Source: a virus (lineage: Duplodnaviria; Heunggongvirae; Uroviricota; Caudoviricetes). Taken from it: a DNA stretch of 64,000 bases. The translations under genes and the position numbers were made by a program. Shown in pieces: positions 43,500-52,886 of the stretch (its first letter is position 1; every line of letters begins with the position of its first letter). The stretch lies in the IMG/VR virus record IMGVR_UViG_2565956721_000002. The stretch is one strand, 5' to 3'. The notes under the pieces are model-generated. The model was not told where the DNA came from. It saw only the letters and a program-made list of their open reading frames with translations, and did no database searches.

Positions 43500-44078
43500 A
43501 TGTTGCGCTTTACTGAGGAAGAGTTTCAGGCTTTTAGTGAGCGTCGAAATAAGGGGCGGTCCAGGCCAAAAACCAAAAAGGATCCATTCTTATCGCTTGC
43601 GCCGGTAAAAGAAGTTTCTCCACATGCGAAGGCACTTGCAGCACTTGCAAAGAACCCAGACCTGCGCGACGGAAATTGCGAGCACTTCGAGCAGGTTTTC
43701 ATTTTTGATTACTTCGAACGCAAGCACCCTGACATCTATGAGCTGTTGCATGCAACGCCTAACGGAGGGAAACGTTCAAAAGCAACCGCCGGGAAAATGA
43801 AGGCTGAAGGGCAGAAAAAAGGTTATCCGGACATGAGTCTCGATAAAGCATGCGGTATTTATCACGGCATGCGAATTGAGCTTAAAGAACCAAATGGTAA
43901 AGCCCCGACGAAAGAGCAGATCGCCTGGATGCGCAGGCTTAGAGAGGAAGGTTACTACGTCGTTCTTGCGTACGGTGCAGAACAAGCGATTACCGCCATC
44001 CTGGAATACATAAGTCTTAAAAAGGGTGAGGCTATTGAGCATGTATTGAACGGCGATAAGTGGTTGCATGCTGCTTAA
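43500..44078 (+). CDS. VRR-NUC domain nuclease (192 aa)
   Basis: PD-(D/E)xK-like core GYPDMSL...GMRIELKEPNGK. Confidence 0.5.
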   Translation: MLRFTEEEFQAFSERRNKGRSRPKTKKDPFLSLAPVKEVSPHAKALAALAKNPDLRDGNCEHFEQVFIFDYFERKHPDIYELLHATPNGGKRSKATAGKMKAEGQKKGYPDMSLDKACGIYHGMRIELKEPNGKAPTKEQIAWMRRLREEGYYVVLAYGAEQAITAILEYISLKKGEAIEHVLNGDKWLHAA

Positions 44079-44085
44079 AATAATA

Positions 44086-44101
44086 AATTAATTAGTGCAT
44101 G
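44086..44101 (-). promoter_or_regulatory. weak C1 operator-like site
   Basis: Reverse strand atgcactaattaattt, partial match. Confidence 0.25.
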
Positions 44102-44241
44102 TGCGCTCTTTGTGGTAGTGCACTTTAACATCGGGAGAATAATCGTGTCATCCAAGGTTAATTATGAGTCGCTGGCATCGGTCATGCCGCGTAATGAACA
44201 GGAAACAGATGCTGTAGTGGACCCTGTAATCGCTGAAATGA

Positions 44242-44904
44242 ATGCTCGCCTGGAGGCTGAATTTGCAGCTGAGAATGAACATACCACCCAGGGCGACTAG
44301 GACTGTTTTTTGTGTCGGTAGCGGTCCGTCACTCACTCGTGAGGACTGTGCTGCTATAGAAAAAACTGGCTGTTCAATCATCGCGGTTAACAATTCCTGG
44401 CAGATGTTCGATGACATTTATGCCTTATACGCCGGTGATTTGTCATGGTGGAAGCAATACGGTTCCACCATACCGGGAGGGAGGTTCCGCAAAGTGACAG
44501 CCAACCTGGCGGCGGCGAAATCATTTTCGTTGGAGTACAGGCGATATTGTGGACCGGCGGAAGGGGTAAATAGCGGCGCGCAGGCTATCAGTCTGGCTGC
44601 TGAATCAGGGGCTGAAGTAGTGGTATTAGTCGGCTATGACTGTTCTCTGCAAAACGGCCTTCATTGGCATGGCGCGCACCCTCAAGCCCTACGGAATCCA
44701 ACGCAGGTGTCTATTTCAAAATGGCAACAGCAGTTCCTGGATACCCGCAAAAAACACGCAGATTTACATATTTTGAATGCAAGTAGGAGCAGTGCAATTC
44801 AATGTTTCCCAAGAATAAATTTAGAGGCAGTGATCGCGTTATTATCGTCGGCAGTGGCCCAAGCGCCGCAAACTTTGTTGCGCCGCGCGGAGTGCCGATT
44901 ATAG
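44242..44904 (+). CDS. Rossmann-like protein, paralogue 1 (GSGPS motif; DUF115/MptE-like suspected)
   Basis: VFCVGSGPSL...IIAVNN...GVNSGAQAISLAAESGAEVVVLVGYD; 3' end overlaps next gene by about 100 bp. Confidence 0.4.
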   Translation: MLAWRLNLQLRMNIPPRATRTVFCVGSGPSLTREDCAAIEKTGCSIIAVNNSWQMFDDIYALYAGDLSWWKQYGSTIPGGRFRKVTANLAAAKSFSLEYRRYCGPAEGVNSGAQAISLAAESGAEVVVLVGYDCSLQNGLHWHGAHPQALRNPTQVSISKWQQQFLDTRKKHADLHILNASRSSAIQCFPRINLEAVIALLSSAVAQAPQTLLRRAECRL

Positions 44905-45428
44905 CGGTCAATGGGGCCATCGACTGGCTGAACCGCGCTTCTTATTTTTTCACCCTTGATCCATCCCCAGACAATATGCGGCGCGTTGGTCGTGGCCGCC
45001 GTCGCCGTGGTGTTTGTTATTGCATGGCACTACCCGATGTTAAAGAACGTGAAGTCAGAGATGGCGTTCTGTGCTTCCGTCGTGTGGCTGAACGCGGCAT
45101 GGAGCCAAAAAATACGAATTCTCCCGAGTGGTGGGCGTGGCGCTGGTCCGCACATTTCGGCCTTTGCGAAGATGAGAATGAAATTGCCAGCGGCAATAGT
45201 GCATATGGTGCTCTGAACCTGGCTTTCCATATCGGATTCAAACATGTAGCTCTGGTGGGCGTTGACGCTACGCAAGAACTACGCGTTCACTCCGGCGGCA
45301 CGCCAAAAAATCTAAGTCACCTGCCTTTGTTATTCCAGTCTGCGCGTGAACAGATTGACGTTGTTTCATGCGGGAAAATGGGAGGTATTCCGCAGATGAC
45401 TCTTAAAGAATGGCTGAAGAATACATGA
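44802..45428 (+). CDS. Rossmann-like protein, paralogue 2 (GSGPS motif)
   Basis: [10 protein letters not shown]...IIAVNG...[24 protein letters not shown]. Confidence 0.4.
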   Translation: MFPKNKFRGSDRVIIVGSGPSAANFVAPRGVPIIAVNGAIDWLNRASYFFTLDPSPDNMRRVGRGRRRRGVCYCMALPDVKEREVRDGVLCFRRVAERGMEPKNTNSPEWWAWRWSAHFGLCEDENEIASGNSAYGALNLAFHIGFKHVALVGVDATQELRVHSGGTPKNLSHLPLLFQSAREQIDVVSCGKMGGIPQMTLKEWLKNT

Positions 45429-46102
45429 TGGCACCCACAATTTATCACCGTATCGACGGTACCAAATACAGGAATGTCTGGGTTGTTGGTGATCTGCATG
45501 GTTGCTACACCAGACTGATGTCCGAACTCCATCGTGTGGATTTTGACCCGGCGCAGGATTTACTGATATCGGTCGGCGACCTTATCGATCGCGGTACTGA
45601 AAATGTCGAATGTCTGGAACTATTGCAGATGCCCTGGTTCAGGGCAGTGATGGGGAACCATGAGCGGTTGATGCTCGATGCGTTAAGTCCTGATGGCAAC
45701 GTGAATAACTGGCTAATGAATGGCGGACAATGGTTCTTCATGCTGGACACTGATCAGGAAATATTAGCCAGGGCGCTGGTGGAGCTGGTAAAGCGTCTGC
45801 CCTATATCATTGAGTTGAACACCGGGCAAGAAACTATCGTTATAGCCCATGCCGACTATCCGGATAATGAATACCAATTCGGTAAGGAGGTGCCGCTTTT
45901 CAACGTTGTCTGGGCGCGCGAGCGTATCAGTGATTCGATGGATGATATTGGTGGCGAAATTTCGGGCGCAGATCGTTTTATCTTTGGTCACACTCCGGTG
46001 AAAAGCCCGAAGACATTCTGGAATCAGCAGTATATCGACACTGGTGCCGTATTTTGCGGAAACCTGACATTGATGAAAGTGAAAGGTGATGGTGCAGCAT
46101 GA
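45410..46102 (+). CDS. calcineurin-like Ser/Thr protein phosphatase (lambda PPase family)
   Basis: Motifs GDLHG, GDLIDRG, GNHE. Confidence 0.7.
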   Translation: MAEEYMMAPTIYHRIDGTKYRNVWVVGDLHGCYTRLMSELHRVDFDPAQDLLISVGDLIDRGTENVECLELLQMPWFRAVMGNHERLMLDALSPDGNVNNWLMNGGQWFFMLDTDQEILARALVELVKRLPYIIELNTGQETIVIAHADYPDNEYQFGKEVPLFNVVWARERISDSMDDIGGEISGADRFIFGHTPVKSPKTFWNQQYIDTGAVFCGNLTLMKVKGDGAA

Positions 46103-46800
46103 AGATTGCTTTAGTTCTTCGCTCTGGTGGTGACTATAACGCTTCCGATGTGCAGTGGCTGGTTAATCAACTGCCAAAAGACTATGAAATTATTTGCCTG
46201 ACAGACCTGAAGTGTTTACATGTACCTGGCGTCAAAGTTATCCCATTGATCAACCAGTGGCAAAAGTGCCGTGGCTGGTGGGCGAAAATCGAGTTGTTCC
46301 GACCGGATATAACCGATGATCTGTTCTATCTGGATTTGGACACGGTTATTGCCGGTGATATACGCCCAATCCTAGAGCATCCACCAACCAGCTTCACCAT
46401 GCTTAGGGATTTTTACCATCCACAATATCGTGGTAGCGGTGCCCTGTGGATACCAAATAGTGTTAAAGCGCATATCTGGAGTTCATTCTGGCAAGATCCG
46501 GAAGGTTGGATTTCTCGTTGTGTCACTACTGAGTGCTGGGGTGACCAGGGGTTCTTACGAAAGGTTATGGGCGATGATACACCAGCATTTCAGGATCTGT
46601 ATCCAGGATGGTTTGTAAGTTACAAGGCCGATGTTGTGGAACCTGGTTCAAAATATGCGAGCGCGCGTTACTCCAGGGGGAATGGGGCATTACCAAAAGA
46701 CTGCCGAATAATCTTTTTCCACGGCAAACCGCGACCTCGCGAAGTGTCAGAGGATTGGCTCCCCCTTATCAGCTCATTTTTTGAGCGAGAATCAGAATAA
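46099..46800 (+). CDS. hypothetical protein, possible nucleotide-sugar transferase fold (233 aa)
   Basis: DxD-like YLDLDTV motif; overlaps phosphatase gene stop. Confidence 0.35.
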   Translation: MKIALVLRSGGDYNASDVQWLVNQLPKDYEIICLTDLKCLHVPGVKVIPLINQWQKCRGWWAKIELFRPDITDDLFYLDLDTVIAGDIRPILEHPPTSFTMLRDFYHPQYRGSGALWIPNSVKAHIWSSFWQDPEGWISRCVTTECWGDQGFLRKVMGDDTPAFQDLYPGWFVSYKADVVEPGSKYASARYSRGNGALPKDCRIIFFHGKPRPREVSEDWLPLISSFFERESE

Positions 46801-46801
46801 T

Positions 46802-46818
46802 ATTGCTCTAATAATTCC
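46802..46818 (+). promoter_or_regulatory. C1 repressor operator
   Basis: attgctctaataattcc. Confidence 0.6.
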
Positions 46819-46826
46819 ATATTTTT

Positions 46827-46856
46827 AAAACGTGATGTACACTCATCACGTTTTTT
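46827..46856 (+). terminator. intrinsic terminator flanked by two inverted C1 operators
   Basis: cgtgatg-tacac-tcatcacg followed by tttttt. Confidence 0.6.
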
Positions 46857-46870
46857 ATTAGAGCAATCTA
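46854..46870 (-). promoter_or_regulatory. C1 repressor operator (inverted)
   Basis: Reverse strand agattgctctaataaaa. Confidence 0.55.
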
Positions 46871-46881
46871 CAAGGTGCACT

Positions 46882-47100
46882 ATGTGGCCATTCCGACGGA
46901 AATATCACTACTGGCTGATCGCCTTTGTTACGCCGACCGGCGGTATCAGGCATGTCATCACCAGGTATCGCAACAAGAGACTCACCTTAGCCAGAATTTT
47001 ACAGGCTGCCATAGGTGAGGGACTGGATACAAATTGCGTAGTCCTTCCTCCTTCATACTTAGGAAAAATGACCGAAGCACAAGCTAATACGGAACTTTGA
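46882..47100 (+). CDS. small hypothetical protein (72 aa)
   Basis: ORF only. Confidence 0.25.
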   Translation: MWPFRRKYHYWLIAFVTPTGGIRHVITRYRNKRLTLARILQAAIGEGLDTNCVVLPPSYLGKMTEAQANTEL

Positions 47101-47101
47101 A

Positions 47102-48364
47102 ATGATCACTTCAGCACAAAACCAATCAATCGAAAATGTATCTATCCCTGACGTCCTGAATGCCGGTATCCCGGCCATTATCCAGAACATCCGGGCCGCG
47201 CAACGCCGCGTTAGTTGTGATGACCTCACAGCGCGTTTTTTTGATAATGCGGTTCAGTCAGCGGAGATGCTTCACGCACAGCTTATTGATGTTTATAACG
47301 CAGAAGCTGATAGCCATAACTCCCTGGTAGATGCAGCTGAAAATATGCAGTTGGATCTCGGTCTGAAGGGTAAAGAAATTGAAGAGCTTCAGCTACAAAT
47401 TGAACATTTGAAACGCCAGCAACAGGACGCGATCGACAATGCGACGCATGACGCCAACCAGCGTGCTGATAATGCCGAACGTATAAGCATTGAGCTGGAA
47501 ACAAAACTCAATGAAATGACCGCGATGGTTGAACTGCGGAACTCACAGATTTCAACGCTAAAATCTCAATATAAAGAGATCATGAAACTTGATCCTTTTA
47601 ACCTTGAGAAACGCTATAACAAAGCTAAAAGCGAGCGACAGGAACTGCGTAAGCAGGTCGCCGACCTTAACCAACAGCTCAAAAAAACTATTAAAGATGC
47701 AAGCGAAGCGCGCGTGGCATTTGCTAATAAAAAAGCAGAGGTTACCGCGCTGGTTAATGAGAATGCCAAATTTGCGACGCTCAAGAAGGAAATGTATGGC
47801 ATTACTGAGCGCCGTTTCCCTGCAAGCAAACTTCATCCGACGTTAGGGCAAATCTCCTTCTTCCCGCGCCTCCTGGCTTATGGGATCTCATCGCCTAAAG
47901 AGTTCAATAACGAGCGTCCTTATATCGTTTCTAAGCTGGACTTTGCTTATCAGTTCTGCTGCGACATGGGCTATGCCATTGATATCCGAATCAACGAATG
48001 GTTGATGCCAAACTTCCAGCCGTTGGCAATTTTCCGCGAGTTCCAGCCGGAAGGTTGGGTAGAGTTCTTCCATGAATTGATCTGTAAAGAGATGGAAAGC
48101 CGCCGCCCGGAATTGGTCCGTCGAGTTGAGTGGGCGCAAGAGGTTATGTTGGCAGATGCAGAGCTGCCGTTCGAACCGGAATTCATTGATGATCTGGCAA
48201 CTAAAGGGTTGCATACCCTGTTTGATGTGGTTACCCGCCGTCATGAGCAGTTGGTTGTCGAATTGGGTTTAGAGGAAACAGCGGCAAGAAGACTTCTCGA
48301 TGTTTGCTATGCACGTAGCGATGCATGGGAAAAAGAGAACGGCGGCACTATTTACGTCCGCTGA
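47102..48364 (+). CDS. coiled-coil protein with C-terminal globular domain (420 aa)
   Basis: N-terminal half heptad-like and Q/E/K-rich; no recognised catalytic motif. Confidence 0.4.
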   Translation: MITSAQNQSIENVSIPDVLNAGIPAIIQNIRAAQRRVSCDDLTARFFDNAVQSAEMLHAQLIDVYNAEADSHNSLVDAAENMQLDLGLKGKEIEELQLQIEHLKRQQQDAIDNATHDANQRADNAERISIELETKLNEMTAMVELRNSQISTLKSQYKEIMKLDPFNLEKRYNKAKSERQELRKQVADLNQQLKKTIKDASEARVAFANKKAEVTALVNENAKFATLKKEMYGITERRFPASKLHPTLGQISFFPRLLAYGISSPKEFNNERPYIVSKLDFAYQFCCDMGYAIDIRINEWLMPNFQPLAIFREFQPEGWVEFFHELICKEMESRRPELVRRVEWAQEVMLADAELPFEPEFIDDLATKGLHTLFDVVTRRHEQLVVELGLEETAARRLLDVCYARSDAWEKENGGTIYVR

Positions 48365-48436
48365 TAGTTACAGCGTCACTTTTAATGCTGGTGGAGTGCG
48401 CCCACCAGCATTTTTTTCGTCCAATGAGGAGGGCAT

Positions 48437-48943
48437 TTGAGTATTTTCAATAAACACGCACACCAGGAACGTCCGTATATCGTCATAGTCGATATTGATG
48501 GAACAATATCAGAGGCAACTGAAGACAGACTGCATTTGCTTCCGCCACCAGGTAAAGGTGCATTAACAAAGGACTGGAACGAGTTTAATCTCGCCTGTGA
48601 CACCGATACTCCCATCACTCCGGTTATTGATATGGTGCGCCAGTTATTTAACGTTTACACGGTCTGGTTTGTAACCGGGCGCTGTGAGATCGCAAGGGAT
48701 AAAACACGAGCCTGGCTGCGGAAGTACGTAACAAACGGGGCTGAGCCTTTGCTATCTATGCGTCCTGCCACCGATGACAGAAATGACGGTCCAGCAAAGA
48801 TTGATCTCCTGAAGAAAATTGGTCTAAGTAAAATTGCGTTCGCGCTGGAAGATAAGATTGAAGTGGCGCGTGTTTTCAGGAGTCACGGCGTACTTACGTT
48901 AATGGTCAGGGAGTATGAAAACGCGCTTCTCCATCAACAATAA
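48437..48943 (+). CDS. HAD-superfamily phosphatase-like protein (168 aa)
   Basis: Motif I IVIVDIDGTIS (DxDGT); small Rossmannoid size. Confidence 0.5.
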   Translation: MSIFNKHAHQERPYIVIVDIDGTISEATEDRLHLLPPPGKGALTKDWNEFNLACDTDTPITPVIDMVRQLFNVYTVWFVTGRCEIARDKTRAWLRKYVTNGAEPLLSMRPATDDRNDGPAKIDLLKKIGLSKIAFALEDKIEVARVFRSHGVLTLMVREYENALLHQQ

Positions 48944-48959
48944 TTGCTCTAATAAATAT
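48943..48959 (+). promoter_or_regulatory. C1 repressor operator
   Basis: attgctctaataaatat. Confidence 0.65.
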
Positions 48960-49137
48960 TGATTTTTAAAACAGAGAAAGTGAAAATAAAAACATGCCGC
49001 AAGGCGCGGCATGTATCCAATCAATCACAGGAGCTGAAAATATGAACACGGCATTCAAAATCATTATGGCCGCGATCTATTTCTGGCTGTTCTCTATCAC
49101 TTTTGGCGGCATCGTCGCGCATGGGTAAGGGGGATGC

Positions 49138-49866
49138 ATGAAAGGCGAAGTGAAAGAGCGCGGCATGATTTTCAACGATGAGATGGTCCGAGCCATCCTC
49201 GAAGGAAGGAAAACGCAGACGCGGCGGATAATGAAAAATCAGCCTGCGGAAGTTGGTCCAGAAGCACCAGTGATGGTTAGGGAAATTGGTGCAGGTTTTC
49301 AGTGGTACGGGGCTGATGGTGTAAGCAGTGTTTTCAATTGCCCCTTTGGTATCGTCGGCGATCGAATTTGGGTTCGTGAAACATGGGCGATATTAGGCAA
49401 TGAAGATGGTTGCAGTGTGGACTGGAACGACAACCTTTGTCGTGGCGATGAGAAGAACGCAGCAAGGATTTATCGGGCCAGTTGTGAGCAAAAGCCTGGT
49501 GATTACGGTTTATGGTCGATACCCGATGATGCCGACTGGAAACCTCACACTGTGAATGAAAAGTTTGATGGTGGGTGGCGTCCATCAATTCACATGCCGC
49601 GATGGGCATCACGCATCCTGTTGGAAATTACCAACGTGCGCGTTGAGCGGTTGAACGATATCAGCGAATGCGATGCAAGGGATGAGGGCGTTCCGCCTGC
49701 TGGAAGTTTGCTTCCTGATCACCCGGGAACATTCCTTACTCCCAAGGGGGATTTCGCAATGGCCAAGGTTGCGTTCCAGCGTCTGTGGGAATCCATCTAT
49801 GGTGAAGAAAGCTGGAACGCTAATCCCTGGGTGTGGGTAATCGAGTTTAAGCGCATTCAGGAATAA
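49138..49866 (+). CDS. conserved phage protein with N-terminal GRKTQTRR motif (242 aa)
   Basis: MIFNDEMVRAILEGRKTQTRR recurs in prophage proteins; fold not certain. Confidence 0.35.
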   Translation: MKGEVKERGMIFNDEMVRAILEGRKTQTRRIMKNQPAEVGPEAPVMVREIGAGFQWYGADGVSSVFNCPFGIVGDRIWVRETWAILGNEDGCSVDWNDNLCRGDEKNAARIYRASCEQKPGDYGLWSIPDDADWKPHTVNEKFDGGWRPSIHMPRWASRILLEITNVRVERLNDISECDARDEGVPPAGSLLPDHPGTFLTPKGDFAMAKVAFQRLWESIYGEESWNANPWVWVIEFKRIQE

Positions 49867-49949
49867 ACCGTGAGTATGCATCAAATCGTCAGTTTTTCAG
49901 GTGGACGAGCATCGGCCTGTCTCGTTCATCTGTTCGAATAGGTAGTGGC

Positions 49950-50153
49950 ATGACAATCGTAAAAACCCATACCGGCACCGTGATCACCAAAGACGGTCCG
50001 CAGGTAAAAAAACTGCACCAAACAGAGCGGATGTGGGTCGTCGGCAAAAACGAGTTTTACCACAAAGAAACTGGACGCCGCCATTTTGCAGAAAATACGC
50101 GCCGCCGACTGCTGTTAGACACCATCAAGCCTATCGAGGTGAAGCATGTTTAA
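49950..50153 (+). CDS. small hypothetical protein (67 aa)
   Basis: ORF in tightly packed + strand array. Confidence 0.3.
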   Translation: MTIVKTHTGTVITKDGPQVKKLHQTERMWVVGKNEFYHKETGRRHFAENTRRRLLLDTIKPIEVKHV

Positions 50154-50385
50154 ACAGAACGAAAAGGCTATCGCTCAAATTGCTGATTATATCCCGCGTG
50201 CGTGCCGGGGTATGCAGTTGCAGGAAGCCAAAGCGCGCCTGGAGAAAAAAATTGCGCTCTATATTGATGACGGCTGTGATGCTGCTGTTCTTAACGCAGC
50301 GTTCGCGCCAGCTCTTAACAGTCATACGCGGGAGTCTTTTTTTTCGCGCATCGCAGCGCAGATCCGTAAAGGAGGCAACCAGTGA
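50146..50385 (+). CDS. small hypothetical protein (79 aa) ending ...QIRKGGNQ
   Basis: C-terminal motif and junction sequence shared with next gene. Confidence 0.35.
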   Translation: MFKQNEKAIAQIADYIPRACRGMQLQEAKARLEKKIALYIDDGCDAAVLNAAFAPALNSHTRESFFSRIAAQIRKGGNQ

Positions 50386-51107
50386 GCGAAATTAACTATA
50401 AAGAACTGCGCGAGGCGGCGAAACAGGCAACGCAAGATGAATGGGTAGCATATATTTTGCCGGGTCATAACGGCATTTATCCTGCGCGCACGTCTGAGGG
50501 TAGGCATTGCGGATACTTTATTGACTGGCCTAGCGTCTGTCAGGGGCGGGAGAGCATCAACATGAGCATCAGAACCTACGCAGTGAATTGCAATGACGCA
50601 TGGCTAAACACCGAAGGTGATGACATCTCCGGCTCATACGTTAAGTACAAAGACCATCAGGAAGTGGTTGCCGCTCTTGAGGCCAAGTGCGCGGCGCTGG
50701 CGGCGGAGAATGAGCTGGCTCGTAAGGCAGTTCAGGCATTCTGCGATGTTGTTGGCGACAACACCGAGGTTATCGCTGAGGAGGTTGGGCGAGATGGCGT
50801 TCTGGTTATTTTGGGGGCCATGAAGGCAACAGGAAATATTTCAGCCACCGATGCTTTTCTGGCTGAAATTCGTGCGGAAGCACGCAACGAGGGGATTAAC
50901 TATACCGCCAGCCGTCTTGCTGCTGCGTTCAATCACGGATTTATCAATAAATCTTTGCGTGAAGTTTTCGACGTTACACGCATGATTTTGTCAGCGAAAG
51001 AAGAGTTGGCTAATGAACCGCATCCGATTGATGGCCTGTCCGGTGAATATGCGGAGAAATCCCTTGAAGAATGGGCGGAACAGATTCGCAAAGGAGGCAA
51101 GCAGTGA
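50382..51107 (+). CDS. Ea22-like prophage protein (241 aa, GTG start)
   Basis: N-terminus MSEINYKELREAAKQATQDEW typical of lambdoid Ea22 family; RBS aaaggaggcaaccaGTG. Confidence 0.5.
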   Translation: MSEINYKELREAAKQATQDEWVAYILPGHNGIYPARTSEGRHCGYFIDWPSVCQGRESINMSIRTYAVNCNDAWLNTEGDDISGSYVKYKDHQEVVAALEAKCAALAAENELARKAVQAFCDVVGDNTEVIAEEVGRDGVLVILGAMKATGNISATDAFLAEIRAEARNEGINYTASRLAAAFNHGFINKSLREVFDVTRMILSAKEELANEPHPIDGLSGEYAEKSLEEWAEQIRKGGKQ

Positions 51108-51403
51108 GTGTATATCTTATTGATAAACGTCGACGTGGGCAACAAATACCACCTGTAGGAATTCCGAATCACACATGGTTTTGCGTACTTGATATCGATG
51201 GTATGGATGCGTTGGTTGACACTCGTCATTACTGCGATACCGCAACAGCTACTCCGGCGAAAGCAAAGAAAATGGCTGCTCTGATAGAAAACTGGACTCC
51301 ACCTGATGGTTGGTGCAATGGGAATGATCGAGATTGGCATGAAAAAATGAAGGGCTATATCTGCGATTTCTTACGTAAATGCAACGGATTCAGGGTGATG
51401 TGA
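51104..51403 (+). CDS. hypothetical protein (100 aa, GTG start)
   Basis: RBS aaaggaggcaagcaGTG identical in form to previous junction. Confidence 0.35.
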   Translation: MSVYLIDKRRRGQQIPPVGIPNHTWFCVLDIDGMDALVDTRHYCDTATATPAKAKKMAALIENWTPPDGWCNGNDRDWHEKMKGYICDFLRKCNGFRVM

Positions 51404-51404
51404 C

Positions 51405-51713
51405 ATGAACAAGATTGACTATCAGGCACTGCGTGAGGCGGCAGAGAAGGCAACGTGGGGAGACTGGGACTCATATAAACCACACCGTGGCGCACGTGGT
51501 TATGAGGTCCGACTAAGTAGTCAGGCCATTGCGCAACACGTTCTGAAAAACAACGCTGAATTTATTGCTGCCTTTAATCCAAAGATTGCTTTGGCACTAC
51601 TGGATGAACGGGAAAGGAACCAGCAATACATCAAATCACGCGACCAGGAGAACGAGGATATTGCGCTAACTGACGGTGTAATTGTTAATAAGAAAGAAGG
51701 AAACGCGGCATGA
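51405..51713 (+). CDS. Ea22-like N-terminal domain protein (102 aa)
   Basis: ALREAAEKAT...ALLDERERNQQYIKSRDQENEDIALT matches lambda Ea22 N-region from memory. Confidence 0.55.
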   Translation: MNKIDYQALREAAEKATWGDWDSYKPHRGARGYEVRLSSQAIAQHVLKNNAEFIAAFNPKIALALLDERERNQQYIKSRDQENEDIALTDGVIVNKKEGNAA

Positions 51714-52174
51714 CCACTATTACCAATAAGAAACAGTATCCCAGCGAGCAATATCTTAATGAGCTGATCACCAACATAGAGTTTGCCGCAAGGGCACCAG
51801 TTGAAGTCGTGAGAGCAATGGCAGCAGAGCTACAGAAGCGGCGCGAAGCTGATAGTGCAGAACCAGTTGCTTATATTTTCAAACATCCGGCCGGGAAATT
51901 ATTCTGGGCTTTAACGGATGAAAGCAATAAAGAGCAAGCGGACGTTATTCCTGTTTATGCTGCCGCGCCTGCGTCGGTTGTGCCGGATAATGCATCAGAG
52001 CCTCTTGCTTATGCTTACAAAGAGCTTACGCCTGAGATTATGCGCAACCATTTAGCTGTATTCGAGCGATATGGAATAGCCCCAAACGATAGCACTACCA
52101 CAATTCAGGCACTGCGAATCGCGCTGGATGGTATAGAGCGGAGCGACGCCATGCTTCAGGGTAAAGGAGGGTGA
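51710..52174 (+). CDS. hypothetical protein (154 aa)
   Basis: N-terminus MTTITNKKQY paralogous to 52887 gene start. Confidence 0.35.
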   Translation: MTTITNKKQYPSEQYLNELITNIEFAARAPVEVVRAMAAELQKRREADSAEPVAYIFKHPAGKLFWALTDESNKEQADVIPVYAAAPASVVPDNASEPLAYAYKELTPEIMRNHLAVFERYGIAPNDSTTTIQALRIALDGIERSDAMLQGKGG

Positions 52175-52175
52175 T

Positions 52176-52391
52176 ATGGCTATTGCCGCAAGTTACACAA
52201 TGCATCTCTATTGTGACTGCCGTCAGTGCACGGAAGGTGTATATCCAGTGCCAGACTTCGGTGAGTATATAGGTACGTCATGGGCTGGCTGTGCAAAAGA
52301 GGCCCGTAAAGACGGGTGGCGAATAAGCAAAGACAAAACGCGTGCTTTTGCGCCAGGGCATAAAATTTTGAGGAGCAACAAAGGAGAGTGA
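52176..52391 (+). CDS. small Cys-containing protein (71 aa)
   Basis: ORF; CDCRQC motif. Confidence 0.3.
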   Translation: MAIAASYTMHLYCDCRQCTEGVYPVPDFGEYIGTSWAGCAKEARKDGWRISKDKTRAFAPGHKILRSNKGE

Positions 52392-52392
52392 T

Positions 52393-52611
52393 GTGCCTAC
52401 ATTATTCAGAAAAGAATATCCGCGAAAAAGTAGAGCGACAGAATTTTTGTTTCTCATTCTGTTTATCGTGTTGATGATACCGATATCCCCGTTAATTCTG
52501 GTATGGGGAATCGGAAAAATAATTGAGCCAGTTATTGAATTGTATAACGACGTGGTATGGGCTCCGTTCAACACACTGCACAATAAAATTAATCCGTATA
52601 AGGAAAACTGA
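52393..52611 (+). CDS. small membrane protein (72 aa)
   Basis: One hydrophobic helix. Confidence 0.3.
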   Translation: MPTLFRKEYPRKSRATEFLFLILFIVLMIPISPLILVWGIGKIIEPVIELYNDVVWAPFNTLHNKINPYKEN

Positions 52612-52612
52612 T

Positions 52613-52876
52613 ATGGCAACTTTGACAAAAAAAGAACAGGCATGGTTGAACGAATTACAGGACGTTCTTGATCGCTGTCCATCACCGAAAAAAATTGGTT
52701 TTTACACCATTGGCGATAAAAGCATTTACCTGTATGACCTGCGCCGCATGGATGAAATCATGGAGGCTCTTGATAATCGTTCGTCAATGGATTGGTGTGT
52801 TGCTGTCCATGATATGAATGCCGGATTTGATGAAAAGATTTTATTCCCCTCATCAGTTGAAAGTACAGCAGGATAA
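52613..52876 (+). CDS. small hypothetical protein (87 aa from ATG 52613)
   Basis: RBS aaggaaaa; abuts previous stop. Confidence 0.35.
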   Translation: MATLTKKEQAWLNELQDVLDRCPSPKKIGFYTIGDKSIYLYDLRRMDEIMEALDNRSSMDWCVAVHDMNAGFDEKILFPSSVESTAG

Positions 52877-52886
52877 GGACTAACAC

